From contig NC_043021.1 of NCBI RefSeq assembly GCF_006345805.1, positions 21,762,001 to 21,826,000 on the forward strand: 64,000 nt of DNA, given 5' to 3'. The notes beneath the pieces are model-generated. The model saw nothing but the letters and a program-made list of their open reading frames with translations. It ran no database searches and was not told the DNA's origin. Source of the DNA: Octopus sinensis. Lineage: Eukaryota. Made by a program: the position numbers and the translations under genes. This document shows positions 61,111-64,000 of this stretch, piece after piece (position 1 is the first letter of the stretch; each line of letters starts with the position of its first letter).

Positions 61111-61777
61111 AATAAATGATAATATATATACATATATATCAGGTCTGTTGTGCTTACATTTTATTGATGTCTTCAATGTATGCATGTATGTATGTATGTA
61201 TGTATGTGTGTATGTGTGTGTGTGTGTGTATGCAGTGTGTGTGTATATGCGGTGTGTGTGTCCTGTACCCTCATTACTATCTGTATAAACCATTCTTCTT
61301 GCTTGTTGTCTCTTTGAACAAGCTGCTGCTGCTCTGGGAAAAGTAATTTCATTGAGGATGAAGAAAGATCAAAGATGAGTGCTTCACATCTGGAATGTTC
61401 TTCAGGCATTCACTACCTTTTACAGGCTGGATAACATCGTCAGCAGAACCCACCTTCCCCCGGGACAGGCAACCACATAGAGTGCTTCCGAGTGACCTAC
61501 ATGCAGTTCCAGATTGCTCTTATTTGCCAAAAGCAAAACCTTTGGCAACTCACAACTATGTGCAGTTTACAGCGGCATAATTAACCCTTTACGTTTCTAC
61601 CATCTCCATGTTCTGAGTTCAAATTCCACTGAGGTCAATTTTGCTTTTCTGTCCTTCAAGCTCTATGAAACAAGTACCAGTCAGGTACTGGGGTTGATAT
61701 AATCAACTAGCCCACTCCCCACAAACTTTGAGCCCTGTACATACACTAGAAAGGATTGTTATTATTATTATTTTTAT

Positions 61778-62308
61778 TGAGTGAGAGAGCAGTGCATGCC
61801 ATCAAAGTGACACTGGGGTACAAATATACGTAGCCTAGTATACCCATCATGACTACCCATCTGATAAAGGTACACCAGGCACATGCATCACAACCATATG
61901 TGCGCGACATGGTGATCTTATATCAAGATAAACAGCGCATGACCTTGAAGGTGGGGCCCAGTTAGAATTTTTTCTTCTCGTTGAGTAACCCATCCAGCTC
62001 AAAAGGTCCCTGAATAAGGGTTGTTTAAGGATGCTGAATGAAATGCCCAAAGAATCCCCCTCAACACATGGCTATGATGCTCCCACACTACTTCTGCTCG
62101 TGACCAGAGATGCACATATCGTCAGCCACTAAGGGACATGCTCAACTGGTTAAGGTCAAACAACTGACCAGCAAATCTGTGGTATTGAGCAGAATATTTG
62201 CTGGAGCCCATCTTTTATACCAAAGACAAAACAATGTACATTATAACACTTCCAATCAGTTAAGACAAAAAGCCATGAGAGCCACTGCCTGGTACTGCAT
62301 CAGGGCAA
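61778..62308 (-). mobile_element. Element-E, both ends intact, ~30-bp internal deletion
   Basis: Same termini as the other copies; flanked by (TAA)n. Confidence 0.85.
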
Positions 62309-62320
62309 TTATTATTATTA

Positions 62321-62367
<47 letters not shown>

Positions 62368-62370
62368 GTT

Positions 62371-62944
62371 AAGGCAGTGAGCTGATAGAATCGCTAGTGT
62401 GCCGGGTGAAATGCTTAGTGGTATTTCATGTTTTCACATTCTGAGTTCAAATTCCACTGAGGTCGACTTTGCTTTTCATCCCTTCCGGGGTCGATGAAAT
62501 AAGTACCAGTTACACACTGGGGTTGATGTAATTGGCTCATCCCCTCACCCCAAATTGCTGCCCTTGTGGCAAAATTTGAAATCATTATTATTAGTATTCG
62601 ATGTTGATTTTGCCTTTCATCCTTTTGGGGGTCATTAAATTGAGTACCAGTGAAACACTGGGGTTGAGGTAATCCCCAAAATGGCTGCCCTCCTGGAAAA
62701 ATTTGAAACCATTATTATTACCATCATCATGATTATTATAATTATGGCCGTTTGCCAGCTCCGTCTGGCACCTGTGCGGGTGGCACGTAAAAAGCGCCCA
62801 CTACACTCACGGAGTGGTTGGCGTTAGGAAGGGCATCCAGCCGTAGAAACACTGCCTGATCAGACTGGGCCTGGTGCAGCCTTCTGGCTTCACAGACCCC
62901 AGTTGAACCGTCCAACCCATGCTAGCATGGAAAGCGGACGCTAA

Positions 62945-62984
<40 letters not shown>

Positions 62985-62985
62985 G
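62371..62985 (+). mobile_element. (ATT)-tailed SINE-B pieces and a repeat-D copy
   Basis: Family motifs. Confidence 0.75.
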
Positions 62986-63021
62986 GATTATGATTATCAT
63001 CATTGTTATTATTATTATTAT

Positions 63022-63137
63022 TGAGTGAGAGAGCAGGGCATGCCATTGAAGTGAGACTGGGGTAAAATATACAAAACCCAGCATACCCATCATGACTACC
63101 CATCTGATGAGGGTACACCAGGCGCATGCATCACAAC
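63022..63137 (-). mobile_element. 5'-truncated element-E, 3' end only
   Basis: Ends CTCTCTCACTCA(ATA)n; similarity stops after ~115 nt. Confidence 0.8.
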
Positions 63138-63479
63138 TTATCGACGTCGGCGGCGGCGGCTGCAGTGACGGCCACGTCGTCGGAGTCGTCATCCTTATTA
63201 GTATTATTATCATCATCTCTTTATTAATTCATACATATTGTTCAGTGGATCTCATCCTTTTACTCCTCAATACAAAAATCCTCATCCACTCTTTCGTTCT
63301 TTATTGTTTGTTATCCGCTTCTTTCTGTTTCAACTTCGTATTGTCCTCCACTTTCTCGGGGGTCCTTGTGGCCGATAAAAAAAAAAAAAAATGAAGCACA
63401 CACACACACACACACAAAAAAAAACCAAAAGCAAATAAAAACAGAAAGATCTATTATGGCCAAGTAAAACAAAAAAACA

Positions 63480-63619
63480 TCATTAATAAAATAAAAGAAA
63501 TTATTATTACATTAAACAAATCATTATTATCATCATCATCATCATTATTATTATCATCATCATCATTATTATTATTATCATCATTATTTTTATTATTATT
63601 ATCATCATCATCATCATCA

Positions 63620-63655
<36 letters not shown>

Positions 63656-63791
63656 GCATCATCATCATCACTATCACCAGATCATTTATCTTCAATATTA
63701 TTAATGTTATTTCTTATTGATTGCGGTAGTGGTGGTGGTGCTGGTGACAGATGGTGTTGGTAATAGAAATAATAATAGTTGTTAGTGGTAA

Positions 63792-63831
<40 letters not shown>

Positions 63832-63860
63832 TGTGGTGGTGGTGGTGGTGGTGGTGTCGG
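63480..63860. repeat. (ATT/ATC)n, (GTA)n and (GGT)n microsatellites
   Basis: Directly visible. Confidence 0.9.
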
Positions 63861-64000
63861 AGGTGGATCCTGTTAAAGAATAACAGTGCTAAGTGGCTTT
63901 AACAGTACCGCCTTCCACCGCCGCGCCAGCACCCAACGCACTCCCCCCCATTGACCCCTCCCTCCCTCGGCTACTTTGATTCCAGCAACATCACCACCAC

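Overview
AT-rich, repeat-saturated animal DNA, most likely an octopus intron or intergenic region. The species call is inferred from repeat content: tRNA-derived SINEs with internal TA/TG microsatellites and very dense di- and trinucleotide arrays. I found no host protein-coding gene that I can support. Nearly all ORFs in the supplied track are microsatellite read-throughs or recurrent translations of SINEs. The real coding remnants are transposon fragments: R4/Dong-type restriction-like endonuclease (RLE) ends, CR1-type and RTE-type LINE pieces, and Tc1 and mariner transposases. I use working names for the interspersed repeats: SINE-A (~400 bp, tRNA head, internal microsatellite, stem-loop tail), SINE-B (~230 bp, tRNA head, often multimeric), SINE-C (tRNA head with interchangeable 3' modules), repeat-D ((GAT)n tail) and element-E (~555 bp, in (TAA)n). 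The most interesting signals are: (1) a full-length 5S rRNA copy fused to a SINE-A-like tail whose hairpin is kept by compensatory changes (candidate 5S-headed SINE); (2) three Penelope-type type I hammerhead ribozyme motifs next to TA tracts, one beside its own 30-bp antisense arm; (3) SINE-B multimers with fixed junctions under a single target-site duplication (TSD); (4) a non-coding element with fixed ends that targets (TAA)n like the R4/Dong LINEs; (5) long near-perfect hairpins. All alignments and folds were done by eye, and repeat boundaries are approximate unless a TSD or terminal inverted repeat (TIR) is quoted.
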